Source: an uncultured bacterium
GTDB taxonomy: Bacteria; Desulfobacterota; Deferrimicrobia; Deferrimicrobiales; Deferrimicrobiaceae
DNA length: 64,000 nt
Direction of reading: 5' to 3'
Assembly (NCBI GenBank): GCA_963764045.1
Contig: CAVXQW010000003.1
Span: 72,762 to 136,761 of the forward strand
The stretch's first letter is position 1; every line of letters begins with the position of its first letter. The position numbers were made by a program, and so were the translations under genes. Of the stretch, positions 43,318-51,767 are shown piece by piece. The notes under the pieces were generated by a model, which searched no databases, had not been told where the DNA came from, and worked only from the letters and a program-made list of their open reading frames with translations.

Positions 43318-46300
43318 TCAGGGATGCGTCGACTCCCGGAGACGAGCGGGACGAGCGGATCGGATACACCTACGACACGACGGACTGGCTCAACAACGGA
43401 GTCAACCCGGTATCATCGTATACGTACGATTCCTACGGAAACCTGCATACAACGACCGATCCGAAGAACAATGTGACCGTCATTGCGTATGACAGTTCCT
43501 ATACGTATCCGACGACCGTGACGAACCAGTATTTCGGCTATTCGTCGTCGAAGACCTACGATTACCAGTATGGAAAGCCCCTTACCGATACCGATATCAA
43601 CGGGAACACCACGACCTACCAGTACGATGTCTTCGGCAGGGCCAAAAAGGTTATCAACCCCTACGACACCACCTCCACCGAGGGGACGCAATCGATCTAC
43701 TACGAGAACTTCGGCCAGGGGGCCGGCTACCAACGGGTGGCAACACATTCCACCGAACAGAGCGGTACAGGGAACTACCTCTGGAAGGAGAATTACTTCG
43801 ACGGGTTCGGCCGATCGATCGGGACGCGCAGCGAAGGCCCCGACGGCAAGGTGGTTGTTACGGAAACCATGTACGACACGATGGGTCGCGTCTCCTACTC
43901 ATCGTTGCCCTATTTTGAAGGGCTGGAGACGCCACGATGGATTTCATATCTCTACGACCCGATCGGGAGGGTGGCGCGGGTCACCAATCCGGACAGCACA
44001 TTTGTCACCAAGAGCTACCTGTTGGGGACGGCGACCTCGGTCGATGCGAACGGTCACAAGAAGGAAGAGGATCGGGACGCCTACGGGCAACTCATCCAGG
44101 TTCGGGAGTACGCCGGGATCTCCCCGAACTTCACCCTCTACGCCACGACGCAGTATCGGTATGGCACCTTGGGCACCTTGGACAACGTGACCGACGCGGC
44201 GGGGAATGTGACAAGAATCGGCTACGATACCCTGTCCCGGAAGACCTGGATGACCGATCCCGACATGGGGTACTGGACGTACCAGTACGATGCCAACGGC
44301 AACCTCTCCTACCAGACCGATGCGAAAAATCAGACGATCGGTTTTACGTACGACGCCCTGAACCGCCTGACGAGAAAGCATTACCCGGCCGGTCCCGACG
44401 TCGTCTACACCTACGATGAACTGTTTTCCTCAAATCCCAAGGGAAGGCTGACGACGGTTTCCGACCTCTCCGGTACGACGAAGTTTTACTACGACAAGCT
44501 GGGAAGGGCCATCAAGAATATCAAGACGGTGGATGGCGCCGACTACACGACGGAATCCACGTACGACGCCTTGGGAAGGACCGCAAGCATCAAGTATCCC
44601 GACGCCGGGCTGGAGACCGTTACTTACACGTACGATACGGGCGGGAACGTACGGTACGTTGTTGGTGCCGCCCTTTATGCTCAATATTCCAATTACAACG
44701 CATTGGGGCAGGCCGGGGTTGCCGTTTTGGGGAACAATACCGTAACCACCCAATACTCGTATTACGCAACCAACAACCGCCTGTACGCCATCACGACGAA
44801 TAATGGGCAAGGCCAAGGGCTTCAGAACCTTGCGTATGCATACGACAGCGTAGGCAACATCCAGACGATCACGGACCTGATGGATGCCAACCGGACGCAG
44901 AGTTTTCAGTACGATGACTTGAACCGGATCCAACAGGCGCAAAGCCCATCCTACGGAACGCTCACGTACGGCATCGACGCCATCGGGAACATCACCAACA
45001 ACTCCCAGCTGGGGACGTACACGTATAACTCAAGCAGGCCGCATGCTGTCCTGCAGGCGGGACCGTACACGTATTCGTACGACGCCAACGGGAACATGAA
45101 CAGCCGGTGGGGAGATCCGCTGGTCTACGATTACGAAAACCGTCCGTCCAGCATTACGAGCGGTGGAACTACGGTTGGCTTTGTCTACGACTACGCGGGG
45201 AACCGGGTGAAGAAGATCACCCCGTCCGCCACGACGATATACATCGGCAAATTGTATGAATGCACCAGCGGTGTGTGCGCGAAGCACATCTTCGCTGGGG
45301 GAAACCGGATCGCAACGAGATATCCGACGGTGACGTACTACTACAACACGGATCATCTTCACAGCAGCAACGTGATCACGGATGGTACGGGTGCTAAGGT
45401 CGGAGAGGTCTACTACTACCCCTTCGGCGGAACGAGGGTCAACGCGGGTCCGATGTACCCGTCGTACAAGTACACCGGGCAGGAGCAGGACGGGGAGACC
45501 GGGCTGTACTTCTACGGCGCCCGCTATTACGACCCCGCGATCGGGAGGTTCATCAGTGCGGATACGATCATCCCTGGCCCCTCGAATCCTCAAGCGTTCA
45601 ACCGGTACAGCTATGTTCTCAATAATCCATTGCTGTATACGGATCCGAGCGGGCATGGGAATTTCTTTGAAGATGCCTACCATGGCGCCATCCGCACATG
45701 GCATGACTTCGAGCGGTCCAGGTTTGGGCAGGTGGCCCTTCAGTCTGCAGCTACCATAGTCGGAGCCGTTTACGGAGGAGCTCCGGGAGCCGCTCTCGCG
45801 GCAGCGTCCGTTAATTATGCTTACACGGAAGATATGACAAGTTCATTGAAGGCTGGAGGAATGACTTTAGTGACGTACGGGGCCTTCAACATGGCTGGGG
45901 ATTACATACAGGGAATGCAAATTGCGGGGCGGGCCACTAATCCTGGCTACACTGTCCCGCTATCCACCAAGGCGATTATCCACGCAGGGGCGGGTGCAAC
46001 TGCCGGAGGCATTAATGCCGCTATTGGTGGTGGAAACATAGGTCTTGGTATCGTGGCAGGGGGATTCGCTGGAGGTGTGGGCAGTTATTTTAGAGGTTTT
46101 GCTCCCTATGGATCAGAGCTCGCCGGTCATGCCTTAATCGGTGGTGTCGCAGGTGGAACTGTTTACTCCTTATACGGAGGGAACTTCGGGGAGGGATTTG
46201 CGCAAGGGGCGGTGACGTCCGTATTCGAGCTATTGTTTAATCAATATATGCACTCAGATAATCCTGCAGACTTCAATGGAATGGGTGGAACCAAAGGAAT

Positions 46301-46388
46301 ACAGTCAACCATTGGATATCTAGACCCTGGACCTTATAATCAACAGTTCAATCCATTTTTTCGGCAGTTGCAAACAGATATCACTTGA
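43314..46388 (+). CDS. RHS/YD-repeat polymorphic toxin lacking its N-terminus: YD-repeat shell, RHS core ending DPSGH, and a 243-aa glycine-rich C-terminal domain
   Basis: The frame is open from 43314, directly after a TAA inside the 31-bp repeat. The first start is GTG 43473 (ORF 43473..46388). It has many YDxxGR/GN repeats and the core YYNTDHLHSSNVITD...YKYTGQEQDGETGLYFYGARYYDPAIGRFISAD...NPLLYTDPSGH. The C-terminal domain spans 45657-46385. Confidence 0.85.
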   Translation, partial: YFRDASTPGDERDERIGYTYDTTDWLNNGVNPVSSYTYDSYGNLHTTTDPKNNVTVIAYDSSYTYPTTVTNQYFGYSSSKTYDYQYGKPLTDTDINGNTTTYQYDVFGRAKKVINPYDTTSTEGTQSIYYENFGQGAGYQRVATHSTEQSGTGNYLWKENYFDGFGRSIGTRSEGPDGKVVVTETMYDTMGRVSYSSLPYFEGLETPRWISYLYDPIGRVARVTNPDSTFVTKSYLLGTATSVDANGHKKEEDRDAYGQLIQVREYAGISPNFTLYATTQYRYGTLGTLDNVTDAAGNVTRIGYDTLSRKTWMTDPDMGYWTYQYDANGNLSYQTDAKNQTIGFTYDALNRLTRKHYPAGPDVVYTYDELFSSNPKGRLTTVSDLSGTTKFYYDKLGRAIKNIKTVDGADYTTESTYDALGRTASIKYPDAGLETVTYTYDTGGNVRYVVGAALYAQYSNYNALGQAGVAVLGNNTVTTQYSYYATNNRLYAITTNNGQGQGLQNLAYAYDSVGNIQTITDLMDANRTQSFQYDDLNRIQQAQSPSYGTLTYGIDAIGNITNNSQLGTYTYNSSRPHAVLQAGPYTYSYDANGNMNSRWGDPLVYDYENRPSSITSGGTTVGFVYDYAGNRVKKITPSATTIYIGKLYECTSGVCAKHIFAGGNRIATRYPTVTYYYNTDHLHSSNVITDGTGAKVGEVYYYPFGGTRVNAGPMYPSYKYTGQEQDGETGLYFYGARYYDPAIGRFISADTIIPGPSNPQAFNRYSYVLNNPLLYTDPSGHGNFFEDAYHGAIRTWHDFERSRFGQVALQSAATIVGAVYGGAPGAALAAASVNYAYTEDMTSSLKAGGMTLVTYGAFNMAGDYIQGMQIAGRATNPGYTVPLSTKAIIHAGAGATAGGINAAIGGGNIGLGIVAGGFAGGVGSYFRGFAPYGSELAGHALIGGVAGGTVYSLYGGNFGEGFAQGAVTSVFELLFNQYMHSDNPADFNGMGGTKGIQSTIGYLDPGPYNQQFNPFFRQLQTDIT

Positions 46389-46540
46389 GGTCCCCAAATG
46401 TCCTTTACTCCTCCGCCTTCGTGGGTTAGAGAGGGCTTTATGAATATAATAAGAAATTATGCTCCTTTGGATTTCCCCGCCCATATCGGGCCATAATGAG
46501 GGTCGAGAGGAGGTGACTATGTCGAGCAAATATCGGGCAG

Positions 46541-47287
46541 ATGAGTCCGAATGACTTCGAAAGGCAGCATCAAATTAGATCTGATGGTTGTCTACAAAAT
46601 CTGGGAAAGTCAATTTACTTAATAATGACAAATTTCGCAGAAGTGTTTGTTAAGCACAAGAAAACAATAATAATTTCGTTTGTATCGACCATAATATATT
46701 ATTGCATAGATGCAATATCATATTTTATACTTCGTGAGGTGCTATTACTTAGGAATTCAGCATTTTTACTTTATTATTCGCCAACTGTTGTTGCGTTTTT
46801 ATCGGTATTTATATTTATATCCTCCGTGTATGGAACTTCGATTCTCCTGTATAAGCCCAATTTGAATTCCTTATTCGCAGCAGTTGGGTTCATCGTTGTT
46901 AGTTTTATTTTTCTGCGCAGCACGAGCAACTATTTTTACAATCCCTTTTCGTACGATAGTGTGTATTTTAATAAACAACAATATGTTGCAGGTATATTAT
47001 TGATTGGTTTTTTAAGTCCGCTCTTAGAAGAAATTATTTTTAGGGGATATATATTCCAAGCGACGGAAAATAATTTCGGTATTTTAGTGGTGTGGATTGT
47101 TAATTTTGGTTTATTTACGATAACACACTTTTTTATTGGTGGTATGCATTTTGATAGTGTTTTGATTACTCTATGGTACTGTGGACTTGTAATAATTACT
47201 CTATCTTACCAAATAGGAAAACTTCCGGTATCAGCTGCTGTACACAGTTTTATTAATGTATATATATTTTTATCAAATATACAATAA
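46541..47287 (+). CDS. CPBP (CAAX protease/Abi) family intramembrane protein, putative immunity partner of the RHS C-terminal domain
   Basis: ORF 46541..47287 (alternative start ATG 46625). All three CPBP motifs are present: LLEEIIFRG, FTITHF and AAVHSFIN. GC is very low (about 30 percent by eye). It lies 150 nt after the RHS stop. Confidence 0.75.
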   Translation: MSPNDFERQHQIRSDGCLQNLGKSIYLIMTNFAEVFVKHKKTIIISFVSTIIYYCIDAISYFILREVLLLRNSAFLLYYSPTVVAFLSVFIFISSVYGTSILLYKPNLNSLFAAVGFIVVSFIFLRSTSNYFYNPFSYDSVYFNKQQYVAGILLIGFLSPLLEEIIFRGYIFQATENNFGILVVWIVNFGLFTITHFFIGGMHFDSVLITLWYCGLVIITLSYQIGKLPVSAAVHSFINVYIFLSNIQ

Positions 47288-47361
47288 TGTTAACATTAAT
47301 ACGTGATGGCTGCGTATTCCGGTGCAAACTGACCAGCCATTCCATTCCAAACTGACCACCG

Positions 47362-49284
47362 AACTTCGACACCTTGCTGCTGGAGTTTAACTGAACTTTG
47401 ACAGCCTCTTCCCTCGTCACTGATCACCCGAGTTTGACACCTGATCTCCGTAAGTCATTGATTTACAAGGAGTCAGTTTCTGCAACCCCCCGATTTATAC
47501 GCTACAGGACTCAGGGAACAGTTCAGACGGGGCCGAAACGCCCAGCCGTTGCAGGATCTCCTTCTGCTCCCCCTTCGCCCTTGTCACCATCAGGGTGTTC
47601 TTCTCCGGAGACGTCAACATGACCGCTTTGATCCGCCGCAGGATCTGGATCGCTTTTGGAACCGAGATATCGATCAACTTCTTTCGCATCCACCGTTCCA
47701 TCTGCAGCGCCAGGATGCAGAGGAACACGTGCGATTGGATCCTTCTCTCCGTCCAATGATTAAGCGGTAGAAGCTTGAGAGAACTTTTCAACGCCTAAAC
47801 CCCCGCTCGATCTCGGCCAGTTCCTTGTATCGTCGAATCACATCCTTGGGGGGACTTGTAAGATCCGTCGTCTCGACGAGCAACATCCCGTCGATCTTCT
47901 CTTCCAGACGCGGGCCTTCTTGTCGGGAGGACCCTCACTTCCCCGTCGTCGATCGACACTCGTAGAGGGAGAGCAGACGACGGTCGCGAAGATAGTCCCG
48001 GATCCGGTCGTACGCACCCTGCGGGGTAATCCGTCTCCCCCGCGCCGAGGGATTGGCGAGCTTCTCCAGAACTTGGCGGAGGAACGAGTCAGCGCCTGAA
48101 GGCGTTCCTCGCGGTTGCGCCGCGCATCCTTCGCGATGACGGGAGAGTAGGCCAGGACGAACCGAAGCGAAGTCCGCTCGTCGGAGAGGAACTGCTCCTT
48201 CTCGCTGCTGCGGTCGAACTTGCTCCAGAGTTCCCGATCACCTCGGCAGCTTCCGCATTCCGCCGCAGTGGATGGGCGACGATGAACCCCAGTTCCTCGT
48301 CAAGGACCGCATCGAGGTTCTCGTCGGAGAGCATCCGCGATCTCCCACGAAGATCACGTTGCGAAGGTCGAACCTCTCCTTCAGATCCGGACCACTTCCA
48401 CCACCGTGGTCTTGTCAGGGTGTTCCGGAAAGACGTGGTGGCACAGCGGAATCCCGTTCGCATTACCACGCCGATCGTGATCTGACGGCGGTCGAACGCT
48501 CGTCGGCTGTAGCCGAAACGCCGGAGGTCGTCTCTTCGATCGAGCGGTCCCTTCGAAGTACGTCGAGGTGATGTCGTAGAAGACAGGTCACGGAAGAAGA
48601 GCCGCAAGATTCGAGGAGGTGCTTTGCAACAGTGGTTCGGCTTTCTCCTTCACGGCGATCAGCCGGTCCATCGCCGCAGGAAGTGGTGATACGACGGCTT
48701 CTTCTCCACGAACCTGGGACGTAAACATCTCATCCAATCGAGCAGTGCGAGCTTGCTGCAAGGGTCGCAGATCCGGTTGACGACCATCAGCCGCACCAGA
48801 TCGGTGACGGGTATTCGGCGTCACCGGCGATCCCGCTCCAGCAACGCTCGGAAAATCCGATGTTCTTCCAGGTACGATCCAGCGCGTAGACATGACCGAA
48901 ATCGTGTTCGTCCGGGTAGGAGACGACCGTTTTGTCGGTCGTCTCTCCGCCTGCGATCTTGCGGAATCCGCTGGCAAGCTTCCGGACGGCGTCCATTCCG
49001 AGTTTGTCTAGGGGGCCCAGGTTGTAAACGACACGACTGCGGGGCTTGCCGCCCTTCTCCGGATCCCGGTAGCTCTCGCACAGGTGGACGGAGGTGTACT
49101 CCCTCCCTCCGTGCCGCTGGCGATGAAGGCGGACGAACATAGGCTACTATATACGGCACTAAATCCATCTTGTCAAGCAATATGTTGTATCTATAATACA
49201 CTACTATCGGCGCCGCCGGAGATCAAGTTTGTTCACTGATATCGGAGAGTTTGGCATGGTGGGGATGGTAAGGTGTTGAAGTTG
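47362..49284 (-). mobile_element. IS1634-family (IS4-like) insertion sequence, about 1.9 kb, with a decayed transposase
   Basis: The terminal inverted repeats are AACTTCGACACCTT (47362-47375) and the reverse complement of 49270-49283, AACTTCAACACCTT. An inner TGATCTCCG occurs at both ends, and there are subterminal GA(A/G)(C/T)TT(C/T)GACA(C/G)C repeats. The two flanks share no target-site duplication. Confidence 0.7.
47495..49140 (-). pseudogene. IS1634-family DDE transposase, fragmented over at least four frames
   Basis: The N-terminus is MFVRLHRQRHGGREYTSVHLCESYRDPEKGGKPRSRVVYNLGPLDKL (ORF 48787..49140). The middle is MLSDENLDAVLDEELGFIVAHPLRRN (ORF 48089..48607). The C-terminus is LNHWTERRIQSHVFLCILALQ (ORF 47495..47791). 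Confidence 0.75.
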
Positions 49285-50067
49285 GTAATCAATACGGCTT
49301 AAATATATTTCATTTGAATCCTTCGTATATGAAACGGACATATAATTCCCATTTAAATCCTGCACTTTATCCAAGCACCACTTAAACACAACTGTTGTAT
49401 TGTCTTGCCGGGAAAATGATGTTGACCCGTAATAATACTTCGCACCTGTTTTTGTTGTTACTTCCTATCCGCCTGTGGAAGAATTATAGTAATACCTCAG
49501 AAATTCACCTTCATATTTTGCTGCGTAATAATTACCACCGATCGGAACCAGATCTGCACTGGAACCGTTTATGAGAACAACATAATTGTCGTTGCCGTAA
49601 TTCACACCAAATCTCGTCGACCTCTGAATCGCCCCCATATCGAGAGTCCAGCCTTGACCCACCCATCCATTTCCAAGCTGGCTGTTGTAATTTAGTGCCA
49701 GATTCGGAGCGATAGCTCCTCTTCCCGGTGGAACTTCGATCGGGATGTTGAATGTGGCTGCTCCGGCAAAATTGGTAGAGACATTCGACATACCGGTAAT
49801 TGAATTTCCGCCGAAGGATCCTCCAGATGGGGCAAGCGTCATGGTTTGAGAAGCTCCACCTTTTTCCGTGGCATCGCCCGCGGGAGCGGAATCCGAACTG
49901 CCGGTGCCCGCGGGGGTTCCTGCGGAGGCAGAAGTTGCTGTGGAGGTGTCGGTGGAGGTTCCTGATGTTGCCTGAATTTCAGAGTAAACGGGCAGAGGGG
50001 AAAAACAAAGAAGGGAAATAAATAACGAGATTAATACCCAATTCGCAGGTTTTCTCCAGTCAGTCAT
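49204..50067 (-). pseudogene. N-terminal (signal peptide plus SpvB/TcdB-type) fragment of an RHS/Tc-like toxin, with an in-frame TAG and truncated by the IS
   Basis: ORF 49465..50067 (AATFNIPIEVPPGRGAIAPNLALNYNSQLGNGWVGQGWTL) and ORF 49204..49389 (FKWCLDKVQDLNGNYMSVSYTKD...YLSRIDY) are in the same frame. They are separated only by TAG at 49465-49467 (GG*EVTTKTGAKYYYG). Homology ends at Y (49285-49287), exactly at the IS terminal repeat. Confidence 0.75.
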
Positions 50068-50332
50068 GATGAACCTCCCGGATGGGTATGTAACTATTTC
50101 TCAATTCGGCGAGCGCACGTTGGCCTTTCTTGTTAGCCATAGAGGAACCGTGCCGGAAGAGGAAAAGGACTCGATCGGTATCGATAAAAAGAGGGGTAGG
50201 AGAATAACGGGCAACGCGTAGCGAATGGAAACGGAACTTTCCCTCGGCATCGCTCCACCATAGGATAATCCGGTTATTATCGTGGTGTGAAGCGTGATCT
50301 CCTGCGATACGAAACAACAGGAGGTCAGGGCG

Positions 50333-50361
50333 AGCATAAAGAATCGGAAAAATCGTGTCAA
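50333..50361 (-). promoter_or_regulatory. Candidate sigma70-type promoter reading leftwards toward the RHS N-terminal fragment
   Basis: On the minus strand: TTGACA (50361-50356), a 17-nt spacer, then TATGCT (50338-50333). It lies about 260 nt upstream of ATG 50067, which has a GGGAGG SD. Confidence 0.5.
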
Positions 50362-50380
50362 TCAAATATTCCTATTTATT

Positions 50381-50412
50381 AATATAAAATCCCGATAAGG
50401 CAAAAAAATAAT
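50381..50412 (-). repeat. 31/32-bp inverted repeat, right copy (partner at 43287-43317)
   Basis: See the left copy. This copy lies about 20 bp upstream of the -35 box of the leftward promoter. Confidence 0.85.
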
Positions 50413-50439
50413 TTGACCTTCATGCGATGAAGAGAAGTC

Positions 50440-50709
50440 ATGGGCCAGCACAGGGGAGCTTACGATCGCGAGAAACTCTACGAGGAGGTCTGGAAGGAGC
50501 CTGCGCTGGTGGTTGCCAAGCGTTATGGCATCTCCAGCGTGTGGCTGGGAAAGGTCTGCCGCCAGCTCAACGTGCCCGTGCCGCCGAGAGGTTACTGGGC
50601 CCGCGTGCGGAGCGGGGGCAAGGGGAAAAAACCACCCTTGCCGAAGCTGAGGATGAAGCCGGGACCACCAGGCGACACCTCGACATGCATTATCGAAGCG
50701 GAAAATTAG
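50440..50709 (+). CDS. Hypothetical protein, possibly an N-terminal remnant of a larger conserved protein
   Basis: ORF 50440..50709. YDREKLYEEVWKEPALVVAKRYGISSVWLGKVCRQLNVPVPPRGYWARV looks like a recurrent bacterial N-terminal module of unknown function, recognised from memory only. Confidence 0.4.
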   Translation: MGQHRGAYDREKLYEEVWKEPALVVAKRYGISSVWLGKVCRQLNVPVPPRGYWARVRSGGKGKKPPLPKLRMKPGPPGDTSTCIIEAEN

Positions 50710-50791
50710 ACGGCATCGAATTCGGCAGATTCAGGGAGATCCAGGCTACCTTCCCGGGATTTTGGATACAAATGGGACACTCAAGACCCGG

Positions 50792-51067
50792 CTAAGCGAT
50801 CTTCACCTGAAGGCGCTTTCCCAGTGCCGCGGCCACTTTCTCAAGCGTCGAGAGCTTGATGTCCTCGGCGTGGTTCTCGATCCGGGAGATTGCCGTCTTC
50901 TTGGTCTTCAGCCGGTTCGCCAGCTCTTCCTGGCTGAGGCCCGCCGCCTCGCGCACCTTCCGAAGCGTCGCACCGATCTTGAACTGCGCATACCCCTCGT
51001 CGAACCCTACGGCGAACTCCCGGTCACGCTTCTTCCGCTCGACAACGTATTTCTTCAGATCACTCAT
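50792..51067 (-). CDS. XRE-family HTH antitoxin (HigA-like)
   Basis: ORF 50792..51067 has the HTH LRKVREAAGLSQEELANRLKTKKTAISRIEN. Its start overlaps the end of an upstream RelE/Gp49-like reading frame by 8 nt. Confidence 0.8.
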   Translation of the reverse strand: MSDLKKYVVERKKRDREFAVGFDEGYAQFKIGATLRKVREAAGLSQEELANRLKTKKTAISRIENHAEDIKLSTLEKVAAALGKRLQVKIA

Positions 51068-51305
51068 GGCGCTTGTGCCTCCGCAGATAATCCCCTCTGT
51101 AGGTTTCCGCCCTCCCGATTTCCTTCGCCGGCGTCTTCTGTGCCTTCTTCATGAATCCATGCGTGAGCACCAGCACCGAACCGCCGGCATGGAAGCAGAG
51201 AATCCGGTAATCGTTTGAACCGAACTGCACCCTGCACTCCCAGATATCATCGACACCGACCAGCTTCTTGAAAATAGAACCGTACGATTTTGCCCGTACA
51301 GGAGG
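51060..51305 (-). pseudogene. RelE/HigB (phage Gp49-like) toxin fragment lacking its first 30 codons or so and any start codon
   Basis: The minus frame reads ...KSYGSIFKKLVGVDDIWECRVQFGSNDYRILCFHAGGSVLVLTHGFMKKAQKTPAKEIGRAETYRGDYLRRHKRHE. It opens right after a TAA inside the palindrome GGTTAACCTGTGCGTTAACC and is not in the ORF track. Confidence 0.6.
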
Positions 51306-51645
51306 TTAACCTGTGCGTTAACCGAAGTCAATGGCTGCCGGGAAATTTTGGATGATAAATCCCAATAGTCATGCTGTCCACCGCGAGCCATGAATTGGCC
51401 AGTCGGCCCGTGTTCATGAAAAAGCCCGTGGCGGGGGGGGAAAACCCCATGGGTAATCGAGCTCCTCCGCAAGGCGATTGAGTGGCAGGCACGCCTGGAG
51501 TCCGGTAAGTAAGTGTGGAACCGGCGGAGACCTCGCGTTCTATTTGGGGAGAATCTCTCTCTGGCGGATGGATATTGTCAGAAAACCAGGAGGTAAACGC
51601 CAAACATGTTTGCTGAGCAAAGCCGGGAAGCCGCGCGGTCGGATG

Positions 51646-51682
51646 CCCCACTACGAGCTTCGCGCTGCTGGGGTACCCCCGC
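51646..51682 (-). repeat. Family 2 repeat, reverse-oriented copy
   Basis: CCCCACTACGAGCTTCGCGCTGCTGGGGTACCCCCGC is the reverse complement of the 31335-31371 copy with two mismatches. Confidence 0.8.
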
Positions 51683-51767
51683 TGTAGGAGAAACGGGGGG
51701 CACGAGCCGGGAACCCCCCGCCGGAGTTGCTCCCTCAAGGAAGTTGGCCGGGGTTTCCCCGGTGTAT

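Noticed and set aside
50060-50365. A 101-aa ORF (and the overlapping ORF 50101..50361) immediately upstream of the RHS N-terminal fragment, considered as an adaptor or chaperone gene.
   Set aside because: Both start upstream of or inside the predicted leftward promoter (-35 at 50356-50361, -10 at 50333-50338). They have no SD and no recognisable motifs. The region is more simply a leader of about 260 nt. Confidence in this rejection is low.
43287-50412. A Mu G-segment or Hin-like switch that alternates RHS C-terminal cassettes by inversion between the 31-bp repeats.
   Set aside because: Flipping the segment does not join the N-terminal fragment to the body in either orientation. No constant gene part lies outside the repeats and no invertase gene is in the window. 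It is kept only as an open observation.
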